From contig CM059425.1 in assembly GCA_030390025.1 (NCBI GenBank), positions 165,418,001 to 165,482,000 of the forward strand: 64,000 nt of DNA, in the 5' to 3' direction. Of this stretch, positions 60,791 through 64,000 are shown piece by piece. The notes beneath the pieces were generated by a model that saw only the letters and a list, made by a program, of their open reading frames with translations, did not search any database and was not told the origin of the DNA. The DNA is from Squalus acanthias. Taxonomy: Eukaryota. The translations under genes and the position numbers were made by a program. Each line of letters starts with the position of its first letter. The first letter of the stretch is position 1.

Positions 60791-63700
60791 CTATATGCAT
60801 GGCCATATCGTTCTGGTGAACTAAAGCAAAGAAACCACTGAAGGATTTTGAATATTCTGCAACAAAGAGGTCGATTCTAATCGTTCCCACCGGGCGGGAA
60901 ACGGGTGGAAGCTGGTCGGCCATCCATTTTAAACCCCGCTCATTCAATTGAAAAGAAAATCAAGTGAGGTGTAAAGCAGGCAGCCAGTCCGCTGCAGCCA
61001 ATTTCCCACCTGGTCGGACCAGTTAGAATCAACCCCAATATATATATTTTTTACATTTTGTTTTATAGCTTTTATTTTTCCTTGGAATGGGGATGAAGTA
61101 ATTGTACTCTCAATGTAAAAACCAAATTCTGTAAATCCTGTGAATTGATTTCCATGCTACATCACTAAAGTGTTAATACACAAGGATTATAACTATTCTT
61201 AGTCCCTATAATTTGCTTTGTACTTTCCCAATGTGTGAACTCCGCTCTGACCTTCTGTAATATGTTTTATTTTATTTTGCTCTTTTTAGGAGTTGGCAGA
61301 AAGAACTTGTATTTGTCTATTTAAAAAAAGAGCTTATTCTGTAAATCCCATGGTCTATCCTTTATGTTACAACACTAGAATGTTATACAGAAACAAATTG
61401 GTAGCTACTTGTTCAGGACTTGCTTTTGAGCAATAGTAATCTTCTCTAAAATATGTTCATTCTCTTCAAGTGTCAGCTGTAAACGGCTTTTGTACTCTTG
61501 TGCAGTACTTGAATGACAGCTCCAGGCAGCATTGCCACTCAATAACTGTGAGATGGTAAAAATTATCAGCAATCCAGGATTAAGAGGGACAAGGTTTTAT
61601 CCTGTAATTCCACTGCTGTCAATTGAACAGCACTGATTGTGCCCCTGTCTCGTATATAGCAATTTGTGTCAACGGTGCTGAAGCACAAAGATATGGTGCT
61701 GTCTGCACTTCACACTAGCCTGGAGGACTTTTACTAGTTTATTGCACAGAGAGGTCAGGGAGCTTACTCAATCCCCAGCAGACCAATTAACTGACTACAG
61801 TTTAAAAAAATGAAGACTTCTCAGGTGTTCGCTAATCAGATCTGGGACGCTTAACTTCAAAGCAGTAACCAAAAGTCTGCCGATAATCAGCTCAACCAGT
61901 ACGTTAAAGTTAAGCAGAATAATAGAAGAACCCTGATCTGTATTGGAATAATTATTAAGTGAGCAGCAAACTGACAAAAACTTCATTAGGGCGACAAATT
62001 GCTAATATTTTTCATGAGAACAAGTAATTACTAAGCACTAGTAATGGGTGACAGACTTCTCCTGGTATGGTGGAGTTTTTGAAGATACATTTTTCAAAAC
62101 AGATATTTTACATATAAAAATAATAAAACAGGAATGAATGAAAGACCGGGACACAAATTTTTGTCAAAATGTTGTATTACATCATCTCATATTTCTGCTA
62201 AGATCATACTGTAGCCTCATGTTTGCTCATACTGCTCGTACCCTTGACCAAATAATATTTAGTGTAGTCAGTCTGAGACAGGGATACACAAATAGAAGAC
62301 CTGGATGCAAATCAAAACCACAAGCACTTTTTCCAGACCTCCAAAATTTCAATAGATATCACATTTTGTTTATGGTACTTCAAGTATTAGGAAACACCAT
62401 GACTGTTGCCTAAAAATATATTTTCATTGCTGAACCAAGCACCGTATTGTGTTTGTGGATCTCCTAAATAGATATTGTTGTAATGCAGAATATTTTTTGC
62501 ATCTCAGCTAGATTTTCAGCTTTTTAAAAGTAGTGGACTTCGCTAAAATGTATGCTTCAAGGATCCTTCAGCCTGTTGAAGGTTCAGGATACTTTTATAT
62601 TACAAGGCAGTTTCCATGGCATCTGAACAAAGTTTTCATGGTTTTCTACAGCCCGATAGTTAGATTCATCAATAATACAATTGAATACTCTTGCAATTTG
62701 TCTCTGTTTTCCCCCCTCACTGCATGATTGTCACCATGCATTCCTCTCCTTCAAATTTACTGGGAATTCTTTACCAGAGAATTCTCAATGTTATTTTATG
62801 ATTATCCATCAGGAGATTTGATTCAAATGGGGCAAAGCAGGCTTTGTCAGTATCCTCTCTCCATCTCACTATTCTTTCTAGCAGCCTAAGAACCAACAAA
62901 TCTTATCTAACACTTGTAGGAAAAAATTAGATGATCAACAATTTGGACTTCAACTTGAATTTACAACATTCTGGTCTGGAGGCAAGTTTCACTACTGAGA
63001 CACGAGAGTAAAACAAATAGAGTTTTTGTGCAACTGATTGCTGTATTTGAATGACCCAATAGTTACCGCACTGGAGACCTGAGTTCAAACTTCAATCACA
63101 GTTGAAATGTACATTCTGCCCTCCTCTGTGGGGTCAATTTCACCATTGTTGGATGGATCATCTGGGAGAAGGGATGTAAAACTGGCTGGGATGCAAGGTT
63201 CCCTTTATCTGTGGCCAACATGCACCTCCTTTTATGTTAACTGTGGAGCAGGATCAATGGCATCCATAAAAATGTCCATGGGCTAATACTTCCCATTCTG
63301 CTGACCAGGGAAGATAATCTGGACCTGAGGGGCTAACTTAAGGCAAGGGAGACAAAGAAGAGAGCAAGAAAAGACAAGAAAATATATATACTGAAGAGAA
63401 ATCTGCTGTCTCTTTAAATCCTATGCTAATTTCTATCATACACTGCAGTGCAGTTGATATGGAGCCATTTGCAGTGCTTGTTATCTTGGCTTCATTCTCA
63501 TCAGTCATTACTGTGTCAGGAAATTGTTCAAACATTTTGCGATTATGAAAAGTGCCTTGCATTCCACTCAGACACATGGGGAAATTGTCTAAGAGAAATG
63601 TTCTCAATCTGGTGCTCTGCTGGAGTGATCGTAATGGACAGAGGATAATTGATATCCCTGATTTAACATTGTTTGCTCCTAGATGGTTCTTTTTTGTCAA

Positions 63701-64000
63701 CTTAAGCACCATCGGGCATTGACGATGAAACCTTCCTATTATGGATCTGACCATTCATTAGAAGGATAATTTGACATCAGCTTCTCAAAGTGTTTTAATA
63801 ACACTTTCATTCTTTTTAGTCTTTGTACTTAATGACCTTTTTTATCACTGTGATCCACAACTCCTTGAATGCACCAAAGTAATTTCATATCTCTATGATA
63901 ATGCATCCATCTTAGTTGTCATTGAAGTATAGTTTTTATATAAAGAACATCATTATTCATTTCAGAGAGTATGTGAGATTATTTTCTTTCAACCACATTT

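Noticed and set aside
63338..63754. 138-aa minus-strand ORF with FLLDNF, reminiscent of a pogo DDE motif
   Set aside because: A single short motif, no TIRs or further conserved residues; cannot be supported

Overview
Eukaryotic, CpG-depleted, AT-rich DNA with no convincing host exon, so probably intronic or intergenic. The repeat repertoire (Deu-domain tRNA-SINE, CR1, L2, Penelope-like) suggests a cartilaginous fish; this is an inference. The window is dominated by PIF/Harbinger DNA transposons. Two full-length but mutated two-gene copies (12041-16271 and 44648-50785) each carry a spliced Myb/SANT-like gene and a convergent DDE transposase. About ten non-autonomous derivatives or MITEs have readable TIRs, most with 3-bp NWN TSDs, and there are several older relics. 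Young 5'-truncated CR1 LINEs sit inside or next to the Harbingers. Also present are L2 3' fragments, Penelope-like termini (one with an intact minimal hammerhead ribozyme, one forming a 46-bp-arm hairpin), hAT and pogo/Tigger-type MITEs, and SINEs. Highlights: a multi-layer nested insertion stack; filled versus empty target sites visible inside the window; family-specific subterminal motif codes; an extended target-site preference; an AT-hook in the Myb-like partner protein; and a MITE palindrome that presents a splice donor on both strands.
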